This document shows, piece by piece, positions 53,000-64,000 of a stretch of DNA of 64,000 nt (within the stretch, counting starts at the first letter, position 1; each line of letters begins with the position of its first letter). The DNA is from Marsupella aquatica (taxonomy: Eukaryota > Plantae > Marchantiophyta): the NCBI GenBank assembly GCA_973895155.1, contig OZ316892.1, positions 24,251,971 through 24,315,970 on the forward strand, written 5' to 3'. A program made the position numbers and the translations under genes. The notes under the pieces are model-generated. The model saw only the letters and a program-made list of their open reading frames with translations, was not told where the DNA came from and made no database searches.

Positions 53000-54271
53000 T
53001 GCAATATTTGGTACTTTTGTGTTTGAAGACACTACCAATATGGTCTTCCATAGTTCAGGGTTTTAGGAGTTAAGTCATGTTGTCTGTGTTGTCCTGTGTC
53101 GTCTGCATTGTGAATTGTCAGGTGCATGGACTCCATTGCATTGGGGCCTACAAAGGGTTCGGACTTGGGCATCATTTGAGTTTAAGCACCTTCGCTTTCA
53201 CTGTCACCTTACAGTTGAAGTTGCTTTGTGTTATGTATTCTCAACAAAGCAACATGAACATGACATGACGGTGATTCAAAATAGGTACATGAGGATAAAC
53301 AATAAAATAACAAGAATTAATGATGATGACGTAAATTGCTTGTACACAAGAAGAAGTTAAACGCTTACACACCTTCTTGTGGAAATTCTAATCAAGTATC
53401 TTGGCCCAATTTGAATCCATGAACATGTGAGTCTCTTTCTTTGGCATGCTCTATCCAATGCTCGTAACCTGTCACATTCAGGAATGTCCACTACCCACGT
53501 AGGTCCTCTCTCCGCCGGGCTCGTGCCAAGGATGCGCAGTGGCAAGGGCATCATCCTCTCCAATATTAATTGACATCCCTTAGTTAAGCTCACAACCCTA
53601 GTGGGGCAAGGGCATCATCCTCTCCAACAGTTGACATCCTTTAGTTTAGCTCACAACCCTACTGACAGTGCCACCAAGACAGCATATATGTGAAGGCTGA
53701 CAAAAAGACCCTAAACTAATTAATAATAAATGCAGACAATCTGACCTCAAATTGTTTTTCAGCGTTTTTACCAATGGCAAGGCCAGCAGATGGGAGTCAG
53801 TACATGAATCTGTGAGTACATGAATCTGTGAGCATTGCACAACCTCGGATTTGGAAACTACTGATCATTTATTCTACAACTGCAACAAAGTCCAAATGAA
53901 TCCCAATGGTGAGAGATCAACACTAGTAGAAACCGGGCTGTATTTAGACCCTATTAAACGACTATTCAGCACCGTTTAGGACTAGCAAACGATTGGGCGG
54001 GACTACAGTCCTTTATAGGACTGTGAGTCATATATTTTGTTACTAGAATCCACTGAGTCCTTTATAGAACTGCATGATTAGTCTTTTAATAGACTGGATT
54101 TTCAGTCTATTGTAGTCTTTGTATGGGTTGTTTTGGCGAGTCATTTTCAGTCTTTTATGGGCTGTGGTGGTGAGTTGTTGGGAAGGACTACAAAGGTTGT
54201 GGTTGGTAGTCTTTAAGAATACTTTGTGGGTTTATAAAACGACTAAAGGAGATACTTTGTGGGGTATGTAT

Positions 54272-54599
54272 CTCGGGGGGGTCACTATATGGAGGGTCAT
54301 ACATCGCGTGCGACGTTTTAGGGTTTGACCCCCCTAACTTTAAAGTGAAAAATATTTTTTTGCAAAGCCCTTTCTTTCTTAAAATTTTGTCATTTTTTAT
54401 TAAAAAACCCCTAAAAACTTTATAGAAAGTATTTTTTGCAATTAAATAGGCCTATGTGTTCTTTAAAGTCGACCAATCAATAAAACATGCCCTATGTGTT
54501 CTTCCACCAAACTTTGGAAGTCTTCCGCCACACCCATTTAAATGGGCCTATACTTCGTCGCACGTGATGTGTCACTTCCGTGGAAGTGACCCCCCTGAG
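54272..54599. mobile_element. Family-1 MITE, 328 bp
   Basis: CTCGGGGGGGTCACT...AGTGACCCCCCTGAG; 8-bp TSD GTATGTAT. Confidence 0.95.
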
Positions 54600-55149
54600 G
54601 TATGTATAAGTCTTTCCTGTCAACTGGAAATGAGTGATGAAGACCCCGCTATACTACTTGGAATGACCTCATTCTTGTGCACAAATAACACATTCCAGTC
54701 TTGTTTTTTTGTGTATACTCACTCCATAAATTCACCATTCACCATGTTAACATTAGAACACATAGAATTTCAGAAAGCCTTCTTCTATACCATAGACACT
54801 AATATGAAAAGACAGATTCAAACATCATAGACCAGCACTATAGGTACCAAAGCATTCTTCTATACCATACACACTAATCTGAAATGATACAAAACAGATT
54901 CAAGTATCATAGACAATCACCATAGAGCCATAGTTTGACATCAATCACTTGTTTCATATGTACACACAGAATTCAAAAATATACATGTCACACATAATGA
55001 CAACGGCTCCTTCATCCTCTTTACCAAATTCAAAATTGGTATGTGTATTTCTTGGATGTTTCCAAGGCAATGTCAAAATGTAACACAATTCACATGATTC
55101 TATCTACATTTGCATTCAATCACTACGGGAGACAAACACACTCTGATGG

Positions 55150-55544
55150 CTAGAGCACAAGAGATCCTATTGCATCTAAACTTACTTCCTGAGGTGGATC
55201 ATCTGCTCTATTCGGAAATGGCAAATTACAATCAGATACAATGATTGTAGTCAATAACACTACTACATGGTCATCCGGGACCACTTTGCTATGAAATTTA
55301 GCATGATCCAGTCGCAAAATGTCTGTACCCACACATACCTATGAGTCATCCTCCCATGATAGAAGATTATGGATTGGCTCTACTGTGGCTATCACCTCCA
55401 CCTTACCCTGGCTGTTTTTCTTGGCTTTCCTGGGTGGGTTATACATGACATTGTTCATACCTTGGTTGCGAGTCATCACTTTGGCACAAGTGTTTTGTGC
55501 TGGTAATCCATAATTGGGGACACTCTTCTTCAAAGAACGTGCAT
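55150..55544 (-). pseudogene. CACTA TnpA-associated (Tnp1/DUF8039-like) C-terminal remnant
   Basis: KFHSKVVPDDHVVVLLTTIIVSDCNLPFPN.ADDPPQ..LDAIGSLVL resembles the En/Spm Tnp1-type domain; in-frame stops. Confidence 0.55.
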
Positions 55545-55920
55545 CCCTGGGCCCTCACTAAAGGGAATGTAATGAGACATACCTGTGACCGAAGGTCCCC
55601 TAGGCACCCCTAGTTATATTTTGGAAGAAATTAAAATATATCTTGTTTGTTCTAAAGAGAATTTTCAATCCTATATAAAATTTACCTATGCTATTATAAT
55701 CACACAAATTTTGGGATTTAAAATACCCTTCATTTGTTATAAAAAAATTGTTTTGTGAAGACATCCAATACGAGTGCACATTTTATTTAATCTGCCAGTT
55801 AATGGCACTTACAACTTACACTAAACAAACATATTGCCATATAATTTTTGGCAATGTGTGAAAGTCATTGGGACTTTAGCACACAAATCACTAGACAGCT
55901 AATTTATACTAGATTACATA

Positions 55921-56541
55921 TTAAAGTTCTCCAAACGATTCCAGCGAAATCTCACTACAAGACATTAATAGAGTTGACATTGCACACGGTATTCCACTTA
56001 ATAGGGCAGAGAAGTCAAACACTACTCCTGCCTCTAATGTGCCAGACATCCTACCGGGCATCCTACTAGGCCACAGATTCTTAATGTTGCTCCATTCATA
56101 TGGGATGGGAGCATTCACTTCTGCAAACTGAGAGCAAATATTACAAAGACTTTCATCACCACACTCAGTGCAAATCCATTGGGCTTCACTGCTGTCCTTC
56201 TTGAAATTAGAGGGACAGATTGTTTCATTCGCTAACATCACAATAGGAGACTTCCTAGCGGGCTTCCTAGTCTCTCCAGCCCCCTCTCCAGTCCCGTCTC
56301 CAGCTTTCCTACTCCCGTTCCTACTAGGCCCACTCCTCGGCAACATTTCTCTTCGTGGAGTGGGGTCATGCTTCAGCCCCCGCTTGGGCATTGGTACATC
56401 CAATCCATATATTCGATGTTTCACTGTGCTCCCTCTAGAACCGGGTCTAGAACACACCATATTGTTGCCAGGTCTATTGCCCGGTCTGTTGCAGGCCAGG
56501 TTACAGAACACAAGCGAACAAAGACACCTGAGGCAAGCCAA
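55921..56541 (-). CDS. Accessory ORF of element B, 206 aa, with a CxxC...CxxC zinc motif
   Basis: Open frame downstream of the transposase; WICTECGDESLCNIC. Confidence 0.4.
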   Translation of the reverse strand: MACLRCLCSLVFCNLACNRPGNRPGNNMVCSRPGSRGSTVKHRIYGLDVPMPKRGLKHDPTPRREMLPRSGPSRNGSRKAGDGTGEGAGETRKPARKSPIVMLANETICPSNFKKDSSEAQWICTECGDESLCNICSQFAEVNAPIPYEWSNIKNLWPSRMPGRMSGTLEAGVVFDFSALLSGIPCAMSTLLMSCSEISLESFGEL

Positions 56542-56754
56542 GTAACCCTCATCAGAACATGCAAATTAGGGGAGACTACATTTTGCTTGTGGCATAAAGA
56601 TGTACATGAAATGCTATCTATAACCTCTCCACATGCATATGAATTGAAGACGATAGATAGTTACAGTACGTACTCGCTTGTACATCAACTCGATTGCCCT
56701 GCAATCAATCAATGAATATCATTCATCAGAAAACAATTTTAGAGCTTACCCAAA

Positions 56755-59700
56755 TCACTTTTGGGTCTGGACAAAATCATCCAGAACAACTGCATCTGCC
56801 TGATCCAGGTGGAAGACGTTTGGACAACCAGGATTCACTGATAAAGTGACTGCTGATCTGACACAGTCCAAGTCAATCTAGTCAGGATCGGAGACATTGT
56901 ACGCAAATTTTAGCCTGCTATTTCCCACCCGTGAAAACCAATCAAATCGAACTTTCACTCCCTGATCAGCACCAGGCCTATCAAGCAAATCCACAGCTTC
57001 TCTTGTTCTACCAACTTTCCCATTATACCTCCTCTGAATGCATTGTACTCGTCCTATCCACCACACATATTTAGGACTGTCAGGTACTGTGGCCACATTG
57101 ACTGCCACACCTCGTGGCCTCTTTGGGTTGGGGAGGGCACTAGAGTCCTGGCTACACCCTTTCTTTCGAACTCCTTTCCCTTTCAAGCATCGAGAACTTC
57201 CTCCAGAATTTCGAGTTTCTCTCACCTGTGGTGTATTATCTTCAAATAATACACCACAGTCACTACCAACAATCATGAACATAGTGGGTACACCTCGATT
57301 CACTGGCTTATCCACTAAATTGTTGAAATAAATGCTCTGCTTCACACGAGTCAAACGGTCCTTACTAAGATGGGGATTCCCAACAAGCTGACTAACCAAT
57401 GTGCTCTTGTATATTTGCCGACCTTGGAAACTCACAGTAGGTTTCACATCAACAATAGGCTCACCATACACCAGGTCAGCATAAATCTCGGACATAACTG
57501 CCACATCCAGCAGAAGCTATCTGAACATCTGGAACCCCATCATCTCCCTCATCTACTAACAACTCCGTTTCCATAGGAGTTTCAACAGGTATTTCAGCAG
57601 TAGGATCTACAGAAGGTGGTACTGTACTCGGGACCTGTGGCCCAACTACAGGTCCTGTTGAGAGCTGGATCGGGGGACCTAGTACATCATCCGCTGGATT
57701 GAGATCATCCACTCGAACATCACACCATCCACCAAACTTTGACCCTTTCTGTTCCATGATCCATGGTGAATCCCACCACACTTTGTCTTTGCAAGATGTG
57801 AATGGGTTCATTTCAAGTTGAGTGGCAACATTTTGCGCCAACAACAACCCCTCTTTCAAAGCTGCCGCAACTTCCTCATTTGTTTCTATGCCTGAATAGT
57901 CTGCTTGATCAGCATCCTCCTTAGGGCCTGGAATGAGAGACATCCAAATGGACTTGTGCTTCTTATGACTTTTCCCTGCACCTACAATCCCACGACTCAG
58001 GTCCATTGTTGCCAACCTGTTTAAAGAGGTTGCACAGTCAACAAGTTCCGAAAAGTCATAGTTTCGCTCATTCCCTTTCATCCCACCTACTTTAGAGAAA
58101 AACTGTTCACAACAGTCAGAGCCTGTCATCTGCAAGGGTACTGGCAGATGTCGGAAATTCTCTCTAAATTGGACTATCAGAAGGACCACAAAATGCACTG
58201 ATATTTGAATGTCCAGGAAAGTTTGCATAGGGATGCAACTTGCTGTAAAACTAATTGGCTGTGTATTACCACCTACAGTATGGTTCCCATGGAAGCACCA
58301 GAGTCTCCAAAGTCTGAAAAAGAAACCAACTTTTCCACATAGGACAATCCGTTGCCGCAAAGTAAGGGATGTGTTCATGAACACATCAAAATAGTCTGCA
58401 CATATGGTTACATAAATCTTAGTCCCGAGTGACATCTCCACTTTCACATCCTTCCGTTGTCGAAGCTTCCTCAATGATGAGACTACTTTCCTACTACAGA
58501 GTCTCTGTGCACTAGCCCAATTCTGTCTATCATTATGCCCAATGTCTGCAAGGTTAATGCCATGTTCATCATGGCTACCAAGCTTCTGTACAGTCCCCAA
58601 ATGACTCCAACTTGCCACATGCGCCCCTAATTTCAATGTTCTAGCCAAGGAATCCAATGTGTTGATGAGCTTCTTCCCATTGTGGATGTAATCTTGATCA
58701 TGTAACCCATGAGCATGCACATAGGGCCCCTCAGTGGTAAACGAGTGACTCAATAGCCATCCTTCCCAGCAAAGGTTCTGTCTGGGCCCCTGTATTCCTT
58801 TACCAGTGTAATCTTCCAGCATGAGCTTCCTCCTACGAGAATCCCCATCACTGGCATGGCCCAAGAGCGGGCCGACTGACTGCAAGCAATGAGTGGTCCA
58901 TAGGGATCCAATGTCATTCCATTGATCTCTTACATCGTCCGCCTTAAACTTGTTGCATGTAATGGTACCTCCTACACAGAGTCGAGGAAATCCACGAACC
59001 AGGGGATTCACTACAAGCGCTCTTGCTTGGTGGCCAACAACATATGTTTGAAAGGCTTCAGTTATGTTGTTGAAGCCCTTCTCTCCCTCTCCAACCTTCA
59101 CGGTCAAGCCCACCACACATTTATGGTTCTCTTTCTCTCCACAAAATCCCAAAAGTGTATCATGTTTAGGCTGCCATCTGCATGGCACATGAAAACTTCA
59201 GTGAATTGCCGAGTCAATCTAGCCATGGTAACAAGTACCGAGCTCAAATTCAATGATAGATGATAATCATGACGATGAAATTACCTGACTGTGCGCTTCA
59301 CAACAGTCTCATCCTCAGCCACATAGCATGGCACAGGACCATCGATACCCATCCTCTATTTCAGTCGAGAGTACACTTCGGCCACAAACTTGAATTGCTC
59401 CGCTCGTATACCAACACGAAACACTGCCATACCCCTTCGATCTCGTTGAAGGGTGTTCAGACTAGGGCCTAGACCATTAGTCTGTAGGCAGTCAACTACA
59501 CGTCTTCCCCCATGTTGGTACAGTGTTTGGACAAGTAGCTTTGACCCTGATCGCCACCTCTGACCCTGCTTTTCCCTATTGAGGTTGGAAGCTACATCTC
59601 TCAGCAAATCCCACAATGCATCTCTCCCACCAAAGGCTCCTCTTCGATGAGCCAACACAATGGAATTGCAAAATTTGAACACATCTTTCCTATTCCGTGA

Positions 59701-61974
59701 CTCCTCGCAGACATCCCTCAGTGAAGGGACTCGTGCATGCAGCATGCATAGACGGTGTTGTAGCATTCTCACACGCCTTCTCTCCCTCAGTATGTTCCTC
59801 TTATACACTTTTGCCTGAAAATTGATTTCAGGAACTGTAAGGTAATCTAACCGTCGACCCTTCCCGGTCCCTCTGCTCCCTCTTTTCAGAGTTGAGATGG
59901 CCTCTCGACTAACTCTTCCTCTAAAATCATCCCTAAATTTTATTGAATAACATTGCTGGCAAGTAAGGTCTCGAAAACCACCGCCAGCCTCTGACATTCT
60001 ACTACACTGTTTGTGTCTAAACAGTCCTTGTATAGCACATGTTTCTTGGGTTGATAGACACCACACCTCGACAATGACTAGAGGCTCTGCAAACCAGTCA
60101 CCCTCCACTTTAAGCTGGTCAAACAGGATTTCCTTGATAGGCCTGGCTTCCCCTCTGTATATGACCACATCTCTCCACAACCAACAACACAACAACGACC
60201 ATCCATGCACAATACCTTTATCTGGTGCTAAATCCCCAGTCTGGCTGCTCGAGCCTCCACTTGATTCGCTACCCCTAGGCTGACTGCTGGAAGCTTTATC
60301 TCGAGCTTGTCGACTTAAGAATCCTGCAATTGTTCTTTGTCGAAAATCTCTCTTGTCGCTTCTGGGTGGCCTGCCTGCCTTTCCTGACAGAACTGGTTGA
60401 CCAATGGGTGGTTTCTGACTTCTGGCCACTGCATTTAAGTGGTTCACACTACTACAATGGGACTGCAAATTGGACTCCAAATTACGTTGTATCAATACAA
60501 GATACTCTGTGCAAAAATAACACAAAAGTTTAAACTTGCGCCCCGGGTACTCAACTCTTGTATAATTGGCAGGGGTCTACATTTTTATATGGACTAAAAA
60601 GTTGGCTATAAAAAATTATTAAAATTTGAAAAAACCTGGGTTTTCCACTTAAAAAAAATTTCAAGTCATATAAAAGGTTTGGTTCTCCTCTTTTTCCATA
60701 TGAAATTAAAAAATATTCCTATACATGTTGTAGTTTTTATTAAAAGATTTTTAAAATTTTAATAAAAATCCTAAAAAGCTGGCTAGTTTGGCTGTAGACC
60801 CCTGTATTAAAAAAAAGTCATATAATTTGGTTTTGATCAACTTTTTATACATCAAAACATATTCGGAATTTTTTTTAAGTTACATTTTTGGATTCCTTGA
60901 GTTGAGAGGTACAAGACTTTAGTAAACTAAAATGAAATCTAAGATGGTCTAAGGATATAGGGTCATTATAAGGAATTAAAAACTTGATTTATAAAAAGGG
61001 GAGTTGCATACCCGGGACTTGCGCAGCTCCACAGGCTCCTTGCTAAGGTCACCTATGATTTCAAAAGTCTGATGGTCAACCACCTGACTGTCATTCACAC
61101 GCTCCACAATCTTGACATGAATGTCAAGAGTGCTTCTATCACTCAGTAAAGATGCTGCAGCCCTCTTGGAGATCTCCACTTGGTCAATTTTCTCACCCCT
61201 ATTAGTTGCCACATTTGATGCATGCTTATCTGTAATGAGATGTTTGTGTTTGAAATTGGTGAAGCAGTTAGTGATGCTCCCTCTGTCCATCAACCCCTTT
61301 GACGTTCCCAGCCTATTGCACTGACACTCTACACACTCTATCTTACCACAAGGAACACCATCTTTGTCCCAAGTCATTACTTTCCACTTGTGGTGTGCAG
61401 CATTGATGGACACCATGTGCTCCTTCAACTTATCAACCTCTTTCAACCAATGCCTCTCTAGTTCCTTTGGCATAGTCGTTGACTTAAGACTCACTTGTAG
61501 CACCTGCTCCTCAACTGGTCGAGGAGTGTCAACAAGGGAAGGATTGGGCAACAGGAGCTCATCTCCTAGCCAGTCAGTACCCTCGACACGTTGGGTGTCA
61601 AGGTCATCACCCTGGCTGCAAGTTTGAGATGTACCATTGGAAGCATTGCTACTCCCAATGTCGACACCAGTGCCTAGTACTCCCGCTGGTACTGCAGTCC
61701 CAACCTTTGGGATAACGACGAGTTTCCCTCCACAGTCCTCAATGAGGTTGCCTTTCTCCCAGGCAACCTTAATTCGACTATTGAAATTGACATCAATAAA
61801 CTGGAACTCAAAATCCCAAAGTTCCAGGTCCACCATCTTTTGCCTAGCATCAGCCAAGGTCCAACCCTCCTTGTAACTAAGGGACCCCGAATGCTTTTGG
61901 TCTCCGGACTCATTGTTGACCCGATATACAGGCACGGACAGCATAAGAACATGACAATTCTTCCCTGCAAACAA
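56755..61974 (-). pseudogene. P-element/THAP9-like transposase of element B (MITE at 60542-61016, stops at 59356 and 56878, frameshift near 57500, intron 59178-59284)
   Basis: AEDET, GHASDGDSRRRKLM, DQDYIHNGKK, DRQNW, GSDCCEQFFSKV, IYKSTLVSQLVGNPHLSKDRLTRVKQ; colinear with the element A protein. Confidence 0.85.
60542..61016. mobile_element. Family-2 MITE, 475 bp
   Basis: TIR CCCGGGTA(CT/TG)CAACTC; 8-bp TSD ACTTGCGC; removal restores the frame VELRK|FKLLCYFC. Confidence 0.92.
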
Positions 61975-62329
61975 TCCAACAATGACAACATCACTTCAAC
62001 CTCTTCACACAGGAAGTTCAGTTCGGAGACATAGGAAACCTATACTTGCGGTTGACGGTTTAGTAACACGGGTTTGCCTTCTTAAACTGGCTTGCATTCT
62101 AAACCGCAAGTTACCAAGTCTGTGGTTTTATCATTACTTCCCGTGGAAAAATACAGACAAAGCCAACAAAACGATAGCATGGCACGTGAAAATGACAGGC
62201 ACAACATCAGGGAATACAATGCAAATGATGTCCACTGGAATGAAAGTCTCTACAGGTGAAGACTTTAAAAGTACAAAATTTTGCAGTCTGAAAATGTCTC
62301 AAAATGAAGGATGGTGAACTACAGCACCT

Positions 62330-63079
62330 CTACACTAAGATCTCATCCTCACTATCTTCAGGCTCTGTATCAGTATCAAACCGCGCTACATCAAATCGCA
62401 ATATATGCTTCTTGGGCCAATGAGGGATATGGGTGACCGTATGATCATAAGCCCACAACCAATGAAAGTCCACCACTCCGGTAGCGGGATCCACTACTGC
62501 TACCGAATACCTACGTGACGGAATGTCACAGCAAGCATTAACACAACAAGTGCATGCCTCCCCATTTGCTAGCACACTAGTCCACAGACCAGTGCTATAG
62601 ATCATCTTGAAGAACCTACATAGAGGTCTAGGAGGTAGTTCACGGTTCCGATAGGAATGAAGTTTCCCACCACTGTCAATGAGGAACTCTGTGGCAAGAG
62701 GATCTGGGAGATCATCAATGATATCTTGGATCTCATCGAATGCTCCACTTCTATTGGCAGCATAAAAGTTTGGATCATACAAGGGATTGCCATCTACCAC
62801 ATGGCAGCAGTGGAGAATCAGACGCCTCACTGCACCAGTCTTCAGAAGAAGGAGAACTAACCGATTACACCAACAAACATATCTGTCCCACTGAATATAA
62901 ATAACCCCTTCCTGCTCATCTAAGTAAAAATGATATTGGTTCAAGTCGGATGCCTGCACAATTAGTTTAAAAATACGCAAGATAAGACTCGAATCCAGCC
63001 TCTTCAGCTGATTCAGAACGGCCCCATCGCCCCAGTAGTATGGGTCCATTTCCGGGAGGTATATGTGAATCTCCAACAT
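62330..63079 (-). CDS. Accessory ORF upstream of the element B transposase, 249 aa, unknown function
   Basis: Long intact ORF; acceptor-like aacag directly before gccATG; Cys/His clusters and an acidic tail. Confidence 0.55.
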   Translation of the reverse strand: MLEIHIYLPEMDPYYWGDGAVLNQLKRLDSSLILRIFKLIVQASDLNQYHFYLDEQEGVIYIQWDRYVCWCNRLVLLLLKTGAVRRLILHCCHVVDGNPLYDPNFYAANRSGAFDEIQDIIDDLPDPLATEFLIDSGGKLHSYRNRELPPRPLCRFFKMIYSTGLWTSVLANGEACTCCVNACCDIPSRRYSVAVVDPATGVVDFHWLWAYDHTVTHIPHWPKKHILRFDVARFDTDTEPEDSEDEILV

Positions 63080-64000
63080 GGCCTGTTAAAGACCCGCAAA
63101 CTAAGTGAGGGAACGCAAACCTTGCTCCAGAACCAAAGTTGAATTGCTAGTATAAAAAATGGGCAGGCATGAATCTTGGACCATTGCTTGGGAGACCACC
63201 TTCACTGGACCAATACCAAGAGGGCCTTGCCCCATCCCGGCCATTTCTCCTGGTCATTGGCTTGAAAGATTCATTGCAGCTTTCTCCGAGTAATTTTGGG
63301 TGGGAAGGGACGAACCCTTTGCTGGCAAGGACTCCAGTGTCAGCGTAAGCACAAGAGAGACTGGGATCTGCACATGCAGGACTTGTGCTTCAGCCATGTG
63401 CAGTCGGGGCCAGGCCCACCACTCCAATTCCCTCCACTCGAACACAGATGGCCCAGTCAAAATTTCCTTACTGACTCGCTCAGCCGATGACTCAATATTT
63501 TATTGGAATTGTCTCCCGGACCACCCAACCCTATGACCAGGCTCTAAACTGGATTGCACTTGGCTGCCAACTCCAAGGCCCCCCCCAGGCAACTTGCCTC
63601 TCCTTCAAGGAGCGCTAGACTGCTGGGGACCAATTCCAGTAGTCTCCACCAAGGGCATCACTTCCCTGGGGTCTCCTTGAAGTCGAGCATTCCTATACAG
63701 CAACGCATGCAAGAGCTCTAAAGGAAATGCAGAATGGACATGTAACAACTAGCCATGTGTTACTTACCTGAGCAACACACAATCCCTATCGTTAGACTGG
63801 ACAAAAAATCCAGAAAAGCAAAGGAAATTGAGATGAGGTAACTCGAATGACAACGTACCTTGTTGATGGAATAGGACAGAACCAGGGGCCCTGAGGTCAA
63901 TTATACACGACCTATTTGGTGAATGCGCCTTGCTTGAAATAAAACCTGGAGTACAACACCCGGGACAAATCCAAAGTGAGTTTTAAATCATACATTTCCA

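Larger units (their letters stand above)
53921..55544 (-). mobile_element. Terminus of a CACTA element, interrupted by a MITE and by element B
   Basis: CACTAGTAGA terminus; agtcctttataggact-type subterminal repeats; TnpA-like remnant further in. Confidence 0.7.
55545..64000 (-). mobile_element. Element B: second, diverged large P-like transposon; its other end was not found in the window
   Basis: ccctgggccctcacta...acctgtgac...cctag at 55545 resembles the right end of element A (ctcgggggtctcacta...acctgcgac...cctag); it contains the homologous transposase. Confidence 0.65.

Overview
Eukaryotic, intron-containing land-plant DNA, most likely a liverwort (inferred from a Marchantia-type TE-associated ORF family and a MIR529 hairpin). 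The window holds the last eight exons of a protein phosphatase methylesterase 1 (PME1/PPME1) gene, a MIR529 precursor, and a large nest of transposable elements: a full-length L1 LINE, two CACTA elements, several MITEs and a 5S-containing Cassandra-like solo LTR. The main find is a family of large cut-and-paste elements with short G/C-run TIRs (CTCGGGGGTCTCACT) and 8-bp TSDs. One complete 10.6-kb copy lies at 16642-27246 and a second, diverged copy starts at about 55545. They encode a P-element/THAP9-like DDE transposase with no recognisable THAP domain, flanked by N-terminal ubiquitin-like and zinc-finger modules and a C-terminal BAH-like domain. They also carry accessory ORFs, including an intact stand-alone EDM2-type tandem PHD module. 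Near-identical 328-bp MITEs with matching ends suggest recent activity. All family assignments come from motif recognition by eye, not database searches.
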